A stretch of 41,119 nt of DNA from a virus. Taxonomy: Duplodnaviria > Heunggongvirae > Uroviricota > Caudoviricetes. Under the pieces are notes generated by a model. The model was not told where the DNA came from, made no database searches, and saw only the letters and a program-made list of their open reading frames with translations. The stretch is from IMG/VR virus record IMGVR_UViG_3300043410_001642, positions 1-41,119 of that record; one strand, 5' to 3'. Numbering within the stretch: position 1 is the stretch's first letter; the number at the start of each line of letters is the position of its first letter. Positions 29,585 to 38,405 of this stretch are shown piece after piece. A program made the position numbers and the translations under genes.

Positions 29585-30247
29585 ATGAACGAGATATATA
29601 AATCGGAAACTGGTCTAGATAAGTGGATAAGAGAAAATGTATTCACTGATTATGAATATAAAGGTATTATGATAGAAGTAGGAGCGGCAACGCCGGAAAC
29701 TATTTCAAACTCATACCATTATAGAATAAATGGATGGAGAACGATTTGTATTGAACCAAATCCTTATTTCATAGAATTGCATAAAAAATCAAATTCTGAA
29801 GCTTATCAATATGCCTGTTCAGATGTTGATAAAAATGAAGTTGATTTTATAGTAGTAGGTAACGAAACGAATGATAGTGACTTAAATTATCATTCGTTTT
29901 CACACCTTGACACTACTGATATTTTAATAAATGGTGAAATAGCAGAAGATTGGAAGAATGTATATCATTCATCTGATAAGAAAACAATAAAAGTTAATGT
30001 TAGAAAACTTGATACTATTTTAACCGAATTAAATGTTGATAGGATAGATATATTAACAATTGATGTGGAAGGTAATGAAATGAATGTATTAAAAGGATTT
30101 GATATAGTAAAATATAATCCATCTATAATCGTAATAGAAAACATATCTAGACTTGATATTTTTAGAGAATTATTGAAGGAATATGGATATACTAATATTA
30201 TTACATTAGGGGGATATGATGAGATTTATGTAAATGATAAAAAATAG
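29585..30247 (+). CDS. FkbM-family methyltransferase
   Basis: IEVGAA, GWRTICIEPNP, V.VRKLDTIL, IDILTIDVEGNEMNVLKG, P.IIVIE. Confidence 0.88.
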   Translation: MNEIYKSETGLDKWIRENVFTDYEYKGIMIEVGAATPETISNSYHYRINGWRTICIEPNPYFIELHKKSNSEAYQYACSDVDKNEVDFIVVGNETNDSDLNYHSFSHLDTTDILINGEIAEDWKNVYHSSDKKTIKVNVRKLDTILTELNVDRIDILTIDVEGNEMNVLKGFDIVKYNPSIIVIENISRLDIFRELLKEYGYTNIITLGGYDEIYVNDKK

Positions 30248-30250
30248 TTT

Positions 30251-30601
30251 ATGATTAAGATAAGTTTAGACGAAGCATATGTGTTTGATTTATTATCCAT
30301 TTATTCGGTTAAAATAGATAATAGCGATGGTGATAAAAGAGAACAAAGTTTTAAAAACTATAATTTATTGTGTAAAGAAATACAAAATCAAATAGGTGTA
30401 GCTAAATTTACTCAAATTATTAATAGTAATGAATATAATAATTTAAAAATTGCTAACCAATTAGTTTTTAATTTAGTTGATAGAGCAAATGAAAATGAAT
30501 TGGCAAAAGAAACGGCTGGTGCTAATTATGAAAGATATCTTAAAAAAATAGAATTACAAAAGAAATTTTTTAACACTAATGTAACTGAAATTAAACTATG
30601 A
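30251..30601 (+). CDS. helical hypothetical protein (DUF6165-like, tentative)
   Basis: ISLDE...D.LSI..VK pattern, coiled-coil character, precedes GT9-like gene. Confidence 0.45.
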   Translation: MIKISLDEAYVFDLLSIYSVKIDNSDGDKREQSFKNYNLLCKEIQNQIGVAKFTQIINSNEYNNLKIANQLVFNLVDRANENELAKETAGANYERYLKKIELQKKFFNTNVTEIKL

Positions 30602-31338
30602 GTGAAATCAAATCATATTTGCAAGGAGGTAAATTAGGAGATTTAATTCATAGTTTAGTTGTATGTAAATTCAACTATGAATTCTTTAATTACAAAGCTG
30701 ATTTATATATCGGTAATATAGGTGATAATTTTGAAAAGGGATTGGAATATACCTATAATGATTTAAAGCCGGTATTGGAACAACAAGAGTGGTTAAATTC
30801 ATTTGGTATATACACTGACCAACATATTGATATCAACTTAACAAAGTTTAGAGATAGTGGTTATCTATACACCACAAATTGGATTGAAATATATTTTGGT
30901 GAATTTTTTAACGGAATGCCTGCACCAAAGGAATATAGTTGGATTACTTTACCAAAAGATGAAAACTTACAAAATACTTTATTGATAAATCGTTCTATGA
31001 AACCAATGACCGAAAAGGTCACTGAATTCTATAAACAAGTAATAGATGAAAATAAAGATTTAGATAAAGCGTTTATATGTTTTGATGAAAATCAATATAA
31101 TAATTTTACACTTAGAAATGAATGTAGAATGATTAAAGTAAATAGTTTATATGATTTCTTTCAAAAAATAAATAGCTGTAAATTATTCTTAGGTAATCAA
31201 TCCGGTCCAATGGCTTGGGCTACATCTATGAATGTACCAAGAATAATAGAATTATTAGCAAGAACGGATAATGTTCATTATATAAAGGATACCGAATATT
31301 ATTCAAATTTTAAATGGTTTCAAGGAGATACTGCATAA
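30598..31338 (+). CDS. GT9 (heptosyltransferase)-like glycosyltransferase
   Basis: GGKLGDLIHSL N-terminal motif and INSCKLFLGNQSGPMAWA..MNVP C-terminal motif. Confidence 0.7.
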   Translation: MSEIKSYLQGGKLGDLIHSLVVCKFNYEFFNYKADLYIGNIGDNFEKGLEYTYNDLKPVLEQQEWLNSFGIYTDQHIDINLTKFRDSGYLYTTNWIEIYFGEFFNGMPAPKEYSWITLPKDENLQNTLLINRSMKPMTEKVTEFYKQVIDENKDLDKAFICFDENQYNNFTLRNECRMIKVNSLYDFFQKINSCKLFLGNQSGPMAWATSMNVPRIIELLARTDNVHYIKDTEYYSNFKWFQGDTA

Positions 31339-32501
31339 TGAGTAACATATCAACACTAGTAGGATTAAAAAACAATTTAGAATATTCTAAAAAGTTTTAT
31401 ACAAGATTTAGGGAAGTTTACCCAACGGAAGAATTGTGTTTTGCCAGTTATGGTTCTGATGATGGAACTAATGAATGGTTGGATTCTTTGACTGATGAAA
31501 ATTTAAAATATTACTATTCAAAAGATAAGAAAACATTTTCAGATACATTCAACAAATGTGCCGAAATAGCAACCAAAGAATATATAGTGTTTTGTCATAA
31601 CGATATTGTTATGTTAGAAGGCTGGTTGGAGAACATAGAAAAACATTTAAACAAATCAACCGCGGTAACATATACTACCATAGAACCTCCTATATTTTCC
31701 GATCATGAAAGGCCTGGAAAAATAATAAGAGATTTTGGTTTAGAATTTGAAGATGTAAATTATGAAGAATTAGAAAAGTTTGGGAAGGAAACACAAGAAA
31801 AATATAAAAACCAAACAACGGAAGGAAATGCATTTTTTATAGCACAACATAGAGGTATGTATTTGGCAATTGGTGGTATGGATAATTTGTATTCCCCAAT
31901 GTTTTGTGAAGATGATGATATTCTTTTTAGATTAAAACTATTGGGTATTCGTACAATAGTTAGTTTGGATAGTATAGTATATCATTTCGTATCAAAAACA
32001 TCTCGTTTCTCTGAAGAACATAAAACTAATACTCAAGAAATAGAACGAAAATCTAATTTGAACAAAGTTAGAAAATGGGGTAGAATAGGTTTAACCACTG
32101 ATTTACACACTTATGATATTGGTTTAATTATACCAAATTGTAATGAAGATATATTGAGAGCATTAGAGCCATTTGTATCGACTATATTTGTAGATTGTGA
32201 TTTTATTAATTATATAAATTCAGAGCAACCTAATACTAAAATAAATCTATCAAGAAAGATAAAACCAATCAATAGTGTTAGGGATAATGATATTATACTT
32301 AGATGTAATGATGTATCTAAATTTACAAATGATGATTTTGGGTTGATTGCGAATCTTTCTAACTTTATATCAAATGAACAGGTTAAGCCTAATACAACAT
32401 TTGATTTTCAAAATTTCACTTTTAATGTGAAATCTAAGAATACATACGAACACAAATTAGTAAGTCTTAAATCAGATTATTATTTAGACAAATGTATTTA
32501 A
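31338..32501 (+). CDS. GT2 family glycosyltransferase with C-terminal extension
   Basis: GSDDGT, FCHNDI, GGMD..Y.P.FCEDDDI..RL, VYHFVSKTSR; start set to ATG 31338 overlapping upstream TAA. Confidence 0.85.
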   Translation: MSNISTLVGLKNNLEYSKKFYTRFREVYPTEELCFASYGSDDGTNEWLDSLTDENLKYYYSKDKKTFSDTFNKCAEIATKEYIVFCHNDIVMLEGWLENIEKHLNKSTAVTYTTIEPPIFSDHERPGKIIRDFGLEFEDVNYEELEKFGKETQEKYKNQTTEGNAFFIAQHRGMYLAIGGMDNLYSPMFCEDDDILFRLKLLGIRTIVSLDSIVYHFVSKTSRFSEEHKTNTQEIERKSNLNKVRKWGRIGLTTDLHTYDIGLIIPNCNEDILRALEPFVSTIFVDCDFINYINSEQPNTKINLSRKIKPINSVRDNDIILRCNDVSKFTNDDFGLIANLSNFISNEQVKPNTTFDFQNFTFNVKSKNTYEHKLVSLKSDYYLDKCI

Positions 32502-32923
32502 TATCCTTAAGAGGAAACATATTAGGAGTAGACGAAAAGAAAGAAAATAAACCCTATCAGATACAAGAAGTTATCAGGATGGGGTTTCATTGCTGGGTAG
32601 ATGTATGGTGGCATAATGACCAATTTTATTTAGGAACTAATGAACCATATTATCCAATTAAACCATCATTCCTTAACATCTTTGCTCTTTGGTGTAATGC
32701 AATGAATTTTGATACCCTTATTAAATTAAAAGAACAAAGAGCTCCTCATTATTTTCAATGGCAAGGAGACCCGTTGCTTACAAATACCGAACATATTATT
32801 ACCGATATTCCTTTGGAAATTGAAATTGATAATACTATTTTAATTACTGATGAATATCAATATAGTGAAATAGGATTAAAAGGTATAATTTCGGAGAATA
32901 TTGCTTCCTTTCAAATAGGTTAA
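32492..32923 (+). CDS. GDPD/PLC-like phosphodiesterase-fold protein, catalytic residues substituted
   Basis: ISLRGN..G....EN...I...GF....DVW....YLG.NEP aligns by eye with ISHRGN/DVEIDVW/LGHDEP family. Confidence 0.55.
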   Translation: MYLISLRGNILGVDEKKENKPYQIQEVIRMGFHCWVDVWWHNDQFYLGTNEPYYPIKPSFLNIFALWCNAMNFDTLIKLKEQRAPHYFQWQGDPLLTNTEHIITDIPLEIEIDNTILITDEYQYSEIGLKGIISENIASFQIG

Positions 32924-32934
32924 ATATCACTTTC

Positions 32935-32983
32935 ATATATTTATCATTGTAGTTATGTCTAACCTAAAAAAGATATATTTATA
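32935..32983 (+). promoter_or_regulatory. two ATATATTTAT motifs, candidate phage late promoter
   Basis: Copies at 32935-32944 and 32973-32982 in the intergenic gap at the boundary between glycan cluster and modular-protein region. Confidence 0.45.
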
Positions 32984-32989
32984 TACACT

Positions 32990-33730
32990 ATGGATATAAA
33001 AGAACAAATTAACCTATTTTTAGAACAAAACACCCCATCTGATACCGAATCATGGAATCAGATTGTTTCTGAAGCAAAAAATAAATTTGATGTTTACCCA
33101 TCTGCATATGCAAATGGATGGATTATTAGAGAATATATCAACGCTGGTGGTGCATTTGTAAACGAAGATGAAGACCCTCAACATGTAGCACAGGCTCTAC
33201 CTCAAACAAAAGAACTTAAAGGTAAATTAATTGGTGAAAAGTTAATGCAATATTTCAGTGAAATTGGATTAAAGCATGCTTGTTATCAAAATGAGGGTGG
33301 AGAAGTAAAGGTAATCGGATTAAATAAAGACCAGGTTAAGGAAGCAATTGATAAAATTGTGAAAGAATGGGTTAGTAATAAAATGCAAGAAATTGGATTA
33401 CCAGCAGGAGTTGGATTAAACCTTCCAGGTGGTTCAATCAATGGAGCACCATCGGAAGATGATGTTGATTCAATGAAAGATAAGTTAGGTAGAAATGAAT
33501 CAATTGATGGTAGAGGGCAAGCGTTATTAATGACGTTTAAAGATATAGTAAAAAATCATTCTTCATTAAAAGTAAAAGATTATGGAAAAACAACTTTAGT
33601 AGATGTTCAATCTGCTAATGTGGTTTTGAAGTTATATGATGCATTATCGGATAAGAATAAAGAATCATTGTTTAAAATGCCAGTTCCAAAGATGATACAA
33701 ATGGCTTGGCATGTAATGGGTAAAAAATAA
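32990..33730 (+). CDS. modular hypothetical protein, putative internal head protein
   Basis: AKNKFDVYPSAYANGW..Y..AGG module (DUF5872-like, tentative) flanked by FLE/VSE/VNE junctions. Confidence 0.6.
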   Translation: MDIKEQINLFLEQNTPSDTESWNQIVSEAKNKFDVYPSAYANGWIIREYINAGGAFVNEDEDPQHVAQALPQTKELKGKLIGEKLMQYFSEIGLKHACYQNEGGEVKVIGLNKDQVKEAIDKIVKEWVSNKMQEIGLPAGVGLNLPGGSINGAPSEDDVDSMKDKLGRNESIDGRGQALLMTFKDIVKNHSSLKVKDYGKTTLVDVQSANVVLKLYDALSDKNKESLFKMPVPKMIQMAWHVMGKK

Positions 33731-33744
33731 AATAAGATAGTAAG

Positions 33745-34938
33745 ATGAATATGAATTTAAAAGGAATTATGAATAGTTTAGGTGCACAACCTGGACAAGT
33801 AGTATCTGACCCGTTTGCAAGAGCATTTGCACCTGCGCCGGTTGTTAAAGAAGAAACAATAAATGAAGAGGATCATGAAGTATCTATGGCTCAGAAAACA
33901 TTAGATGATATAATCAAAAATGCAACTGAATTAAAAGCTAAAATAGGTGAAGCTGAAACGGATTTACCAGCTTGGATTCAGGATCATATCAGTAATTCTG
34001 CAAACTATATTGACCAAGCAGCAAGTGGATTCTATAAAAATGAATCAATAAACGAAGAGGAAATTAAATGGAATGCAGTTGAAAATGCAATCATTAATTT
34101 TCTAAAAATGAATACAAAGATTTTAGATAAAAGAGTTAAAGATAGAGATACTGCAGGAGTTAAAGGTGGGTTAAAATCTATTATTAGTGGTTTAACTAAT
34201 GCACAGAGAAGTTTGAAATTAGAATCAATAAACGAAGTATCATATACTGTCAAAGCAAAAAATGCGTATGAATTTGTAAATGGTGCATATTCAGTTTTAG
34301 GTGCTTATTTAAGAGATGAAAAATTAGATAGTAGTGCAAAAGCTGCTCTTCAAAGAGTGGTAAAAGATTTAGAAGGATTGAGAAAGTATTTTTTCTCTAT
34401 GAAAGATGAATCAATAAACGAAGCATTCAAACATATTATATCAGTAGAAACTCCAACTCAAGTAGTTTCTAAACCAATAGCGGCACAAATTGAAAAATTA
34501 GCTAGACAAGGTGTTAGAGCATCTGAAATTGGTTTGAAAATGGGATTTGTAGGAAACCAAAAAGCAGCAACCGATGCTTTCCAAAAAGTAAAAAATCAAA
34601 TTTATTTTAAATTAAATAAATCTGAATCAGTAAACGAAGCAAGATTAACTGATATTGTTAATTCTATCATTGAAACTCCTGTAATTGGTAAAATGGTAGT
34701 TAATGCTCCTTCAACTACTCAACAAGTATCTGAAGCAAAAAAATATGATGTTGGAGCAGGGTTTATGGGAAATGGTTTAACTATTTGGAATAGAGCTGAA
34801 GAAGAACATGGAGATTATAGAATCATTGCACACATTGACCCATATGGTAAAATTAGTATTAGAGATAAAGAAATCCCATCTAATGTTATGAATATGATTA
34901 AAGATTGGGCTGAGGCAATTAAAAAAGGCGATAAATAA
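33745..34938 (+). CDS. modular polyprotein with five E[ST][IV]NE junctions, putative internal head protein
   Basis: ETINE, ESINE x3, ESVNE separate unrelated 60-72 aa segments; first module DHEVSMA...LPAWIQ. Confidence 0.7.
   Translation: MNMNLKGIMNSLGAQPGQVVSDPFARAFAPAPVVKEETINEEDHEVSMAQKTLDDIIKNATELKAKIGEAETDLPAWIQDHISNSANYIDQAASGFYKNESINEEEIKWNAVENAIINFLKMNTKILDKRVKDRDTAGVKGGLKSIISGLTNAQRSLKLESINEVSYTVKAKNAYEFVNGAYSVLGAYLRDEKLDSSAKAALQRVVKDLEGLRKYFFSMKDESINEAFKHIISVETPTQVVSKPIAAQIEKLARQGVRASEIGLKMGFVGNQKAATDAFQKVKNQIYFKLNKSESVNEARLTDIVNSIIETPVIGKMVVNAPSTTQQVSEAKKYDVGAGFMGNGLTIWNRAEEEHGDYRIIAHIDPYGKISIRDKEIPSNVMNMIKDWAEAIKKGDK
33853..34639 (+). repeat. five in-frame 16-bp direct repeats GAA(T/A)CA(A/G)TAAA(C/T)GAAG
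   Basis: Copies start at 33853, 34042, 34222, 34408, 34624; three are identical GAATCAATAAACGAAG; periods 189/180/186/216 nt. Confidence 0.9.
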
Positions 34939-35258
34939 TGGATACACAAAACATTTATACCGTCTTAGTAACAATAGTGACTGTTTTAGGAGGTGCATCT
35001 GCGTGGAGATTCTATGAGAAAAGAGCAATGCATAAGGAAAGAGATGAAGATTTCATCAGACACGATTGTAAAGACCGAATTTCTAAATTAGAAGCCCTTT
35101 TAGAAGCATCTGCAAAAGAAAAAGATGACTTAAGAGTAATGGTATTAAACCTTACTAAAGAAGTAGCGGCGTTAAGTGTAAAGGTTGAATTCCTTACAAA
35201 AGAAAACGAAGATCTTCATAAAAAAACTAAAACATCAAGAAAAGTAATAAACGGATAA
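34938..35258 (+). CDS. single N-terminal TM plus coiled-coil protein (holin/antiholin-like architecture, unproven)
   Basis: IYTVLVTIVTVLGGASAW hydrophobic helix followed by heptad-rich region. Confidence 0.5.
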   Translation: MDTQNIYTVLVTIVTVLGGASAWRFYEKRAMHKERDEDFIRHDCKDRISKLEALLEASAKEKDDLRVMVLNLTKEVAALSVKVEFLTKENEDLHKKTKTSRKVING

Positions 35259-35259
35259 G

Positions 35260-35805
35260 GTGATAAAACTTACTGAAATAATTTCTAGAAGTTTATTCTT
35301 AGAGGATAAAAAGTTAAGAGTATTTGATTTTGATGATACTCTTGTTAAAACTACATCCTTTATTTATATTACTCATAAAGGAGGAGGAAAATCTAAATTA
35401 ACTCCTGGACAATATGCAGTATATAAAGAAAAGCCGGGAGACCAATTTGATTTTAGAGATTTTAATGCAGTTAATAATCCAAAGGTAATCAAAGGTTATT
35501 TTGAATTATTAAAAAGAATGGCAGCCGATTCAAGTAAAGCAGTATATATCTTAACTGCTAGAGCTGCATATCAACCCGTATATAATTTTATTAGAGATAG
35601 TGGTATTAAAGATGTTTTCGTTGTTGCGTTGGGTGATAATAACCCAGAATCAAAAGCTGATTGGATAGAGAAGGAAATTCAAAGAAATGGGTATGATAAT
35701 ATTTATTTCGTAGATGATTCTGCTAAAAATGTAGATGCGGTAAAGAGAAGATTAAACAAATACCCTACTATTAGAAAGAAAGTCCAATTGGTTAAACATG
35801 GTTAA
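35260..35805 (+). CDS. HAD-superfamily phosphatase
   Basis: RVFDFDDTLV (DxDxT), YILTAR, K...IE, IYFVDDS..NV; GTG start. Confidence 0.85.
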   Translation: MIKLTEIISRSLFLEDKKLRVFDFDDTLVKTTSFIYITHKGGGKSKLTPGQYAVYKEKPGDQFDFRDFNAVNNPKVIKGYFELLKRMAADSSKAVYILTARAAYQPVYNFIRDSGIKDVFVVALGDNNPESKADWIEKEIQRNGYDNIYFVDDSAKNVDAVKRRLNKYPTIRKKVQLVKHG

Positions 35806-36496
35806 GAAAGAGATATTAGAAAACGGATGTTATACTGGCAATTTAGCCGAAATCAATCCTTCCTTATTAGATACATTAGAAACCTTAAGCGAATTAAGGA
35901 ATCATGAATTATACACAAGAGTAACCCATTCATATAGTAAAGCGGTAGATTCTGAATCCACTTTTAATAAAACATTTGAAGAAGCGGATGCGGTTAGAGA
36001 ACATCACTTAAACTTAAAGAAAAAAGGAGAACCTATTTGGCAAGTATTCTACACATATAATAATGAAAATGAAAAGAGTTCAAAGCTATTACATAAATAC
36101 ATACCTACTATAAGGGATTTGTTTATGGAGATAGTTCGTTATTGTTATGGAGAGGATATTGCAAGTAAAGTGTGGGAGGTTAATGGTAGTAATATAAACC
36201 TTACAAATTTTAGAAAGGGATGTTTTATTGAGAATCATGCCGATGGAGGAGGTAAGAGAATGGTGTGTAATATTCTAATATACACTAATCATGATTGGGA
36301 AGAAGGATTCGGAGGAGAGTTGGTATTGGAGGAAAAATTCAAACAACAACCCAAATTTGGTAATTTTGCAGTGTTGGATTTTATGACACATAACCCATTT
36401 CACTTAGTTACACCAATTGAAAAGGAGGGAATCAATAGATTTGCTCTACTTACAGGAATTTTATACGAAGAAAATTACTTTAATTCAATCATTTAA
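35798..36496 (+). CDS. 2OG-Fe(II) oxygenase (prolyl-hydroxylase-like)
   Basis: ENHADG (HxD), GGEL, FHLVTP (distal His), RFAL (2OG Arg). Confidence 0.85.
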   Translation: MVKKEILENGCYTGNLAEINPSLLDTLETLSELRNHELYTRVTHSYSKAVDSESTFNKTFEEADAVREHHLNLKKKGEPIWQVFYTYNNENEKSSKLLHKYIPTIRDLFMEIVRYCYGEDIASKVWEVNGSNINLTNFRKGCFIENHADGGGKRMVCNILIYTNHDWEEGFGGELVLEEKFKQQPKFGNFAVLDFMTHNPFHLVTPIEKEGINRFALLTGILYEENYFNSII

Positions 36497-36525
36497 TATT
36501 TATATATACTTAAAATAACATAACA

Positions 36526-36783
36526 ATGACAGTTTCTGAATTCAAATTAGAAAATCACAAAAGTATCACCGCAGAAGTGGCTGAGAATCAAGCATTATAC
36601 GATGGAACACACGCTGAAGAGGGTGATAAGTTGATAGATTGCTTTTTAGTATCAGAAGACGGTGAAGAAAAATTAATATACATAATCCCATCTCAATTAG
36701 CAGATTTTGAAATAGTTGAAGATTTGGAGTATGATGTATTCATTCCGTTATCAGACCAAAAATTCAAAGTTAAACTTAAATAA
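36526..36783 (+). CDS. acidic hypothetical protein, paralog A
   Basis: 85 aa; aligns end to end with next ORF; TATTTATA upstream at 36497. Confidence 0.7.
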   Translation: MTVSEFKLENHKSITAEVAENQALYDGTHAEEGDKLIDCFLVSEDGEEKLIYIIPSQLADFEIVEDLEYDVFIPLSDQKFKVKLK

Positions 36784-36785
36784 GA

Positions 36786-37061
36786 ATGACAGTATTAGAA
36801 TGGAAATTAGAAAATTCAGTAGTAGTAACCGATGATAACTATGAGATGTTAAACACAACACAAATGTTATATAGTGGTGCTGAAATAACAAAAGGTTCTA
36901 AATTTATGGATGCAATATGCGAAACCGAAGAATTTGGACCTAAGACAGTTTACTTTTTAGATAGTGAATTGTATGAATTATTTGATATCGTAGATAATCC
37001 TGAATGGGATGATATGACTCCAGTAGCTACTCAAAAATTCACAGTAAAACCAAAAGCATAA
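36786..37061 (+). CDS. acidic hypothetical protein, paralog B
   Basis: 91 aa; shared MTV.E.KLEN, LY.G, G.K..D, F.IV...E.D...P...QKF.VK. Confidence 0.7.
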   Translation: MTVLEWKLENSVVVTDDNYEMLNTTQMLYSGAEITKGSKFMDAICETEEFGPKTVYFLDSELYELFDIVDNPEWDDMTPVATQKFTVKPKA

Positions 37062-37064
37062 GAA

Positions 37065-38114
37065 ATGCCAGCAGTAAGTAAAGCACAACAAAGATTTATG
37101 GGTATGGTGCATGCAGCCGATAAAGGCGAAACACCAGCATCCCCTGAAGTAGCAAAGGTATCAGCTTCTATGAAAGATTCAGATGCGAAAGATTTTGCTT
37201 CTACTAAACACAAAGGATTGCCTGATCATGTTAAAGAAGCAGTTAAGGAAATCGTAAGAGGTGTATTAAGAGGAGAAGGAGCATTTGGTTCAGTAGGTGG
37301 TGGAGCAGAAGATGCTAGAAACCTAATGGAGATGAGCCCTAATGATGTTCACTTTAAAACTATTATTAAATTATATGATAGAGGTGGTTCATTTACTAAA
37401 AAGAAAGTAGGAGTAGTGGTATCTAGAAATCCTAGAGCATCAAGAAATACAATTATTGATGACTTGAAAGATATGGATTATCATGAAATTCTTAATGCTG
37501 AAGATGAATTAGGTATAAAAGAAATAGTTGAAAAACGAATCGCAGAACAATCGGTAAACGAAGCTAAATATCCAACTGACTTAAAAGTGGGTTCGGTAAT
37601 TTTGGGGCAAGGATTCACAATGTTAAAAGGAATTGAAGGCGGAAAATACTACAAAGTTGTTGCAATAGATGATTATTCGGCAACATTAGTTCCATCTGAT
37701 AAGAATGGTAATGTAAAAGGTTCATCAAAAGTTAGACATAAATTAGATTCAATTGAAGGTGGTATTAGAACTGCTAAGAGAGGTGATGAAAACGGAATTG
37801 TTGTAATAAAAGAATCAGTAACCGAAGAACATGATTGTGGATGTAATGAAGATTATGATTGTGGATGTGGTGGATTACATGAACACCATATCAATGAAGA
37901 TATAAATGCGGATGCAAATGGTATAGCAGGTTTAACTGCTTCTAGAGCAAATGCGGTTAAAGATTTCATAGAAAAGCATAAATTAGATTCAAACAAATTA
38001 TATCAGTTCTTAAAAAAGGGTGGATTGAAAGATAAAATGGATTTCGTAACTGCATTAGTTGGGAAGCCGGGTAATTCTATTCAAACAAAACTAATAAAGC
38101 AATTTAGTAAATAA
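37065..38114 (+). CDS. modular polyprotein with N-terminal DUF3008-like domain
   Basis: MPAVSKAQQRFMG...DFASTKHKGLP N-terminus; junctions QSVNE, ESVTE, HINE; DLKVG..KYYK module. Confidence 0.7.
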   Translation: MPAVSKAQQRFMGMVHAADKGETPASPEVAKVSASMKDSDAKDFASTKHKGLPDHVKEAVKEIVRGVLRGEGAFGSVGGGAEDARNLMEMSPNDVHFKTIIKLYDRGGSFTKKKVGVVVSRNPRASRNTIIDDLKDMDYHEILNAEDELGIKEIVEKRIAEQSVNEAKYPTDLKVGSVILGQGFTMLKGIEGGKYYKVVAIDDYSATLVPSDKNGNVKGSSKVRHKLDSIEGGIRTAKRGDENGIVVIKESVTEEHDCGCNEDYDCGCGGLHEHHINEDINADANGIAGLTASRANAVKDFIEKHKLDSNKLYQFLKKGGLKDKMDFVTALVGKPGNSIQTKLIKQFSK

Positions 38115-38115
38115 G

Positions 38116-38394
38116 ATGAAATTAAAAAATTTAATAGAAGTAAAATACTTAAACGAAGCATCATCAGTAGACCTTACGGAAATACCCGTAACGCAAGCTA
38201 AACAAGTATTGGCATTTGAAAAGGTATTAGGAGGAAAACATACCGATTTATGGGATGGTATTCACGGATATATTGTTTCAATTAAAGTACCTAATGGAAA
38301 AGAAAGATTGATGAGTGATGATTTAAAGAAATTACTTTCTTTAAAAATTCGTTGGATTGAGATAACTGGACAAGACATATATTTAGGATTCTAA
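38116..38394 (+). CDS. hypothetical protein with MKLKNL...LNE leader
   Basis: 92 aa, N-terminus shared with neighbours. Confidence 0.65.
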   Translation: MKLKNLIEVKYLNEASSVDLTEIPVTQAKQVLAFEKVLGGKHTDLWDGIHGYIVSIKVPNGKERLMSDDLKKLLSLKIRWIEITGQDIYLGF

Positions 38395-38405
38395 TAAACA
38401 TTACA

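Noticed and set aside
32955-32999. 14-codon upstream ORF MSNLKKIYLYTLWI
   Set aside because: Too short, runs through the promoter-like motif, no supporting evidence
33853-34639. CRISPR-like repeat-spacer array
   Set aside because: Repeats only 16 bp and non-palindromic, spacers 164-200 bp, all in frame within a CDS, no cas genes
35798-36496. 2OG oxygenase as a TET/JBP base hydroxylase feeding the glycosyltransferases
   Set aside because: Motif spacing looks prolyl-hydroxylase-like, it lies in the late region far from the methyltransferases, and those are amino- not C5-type
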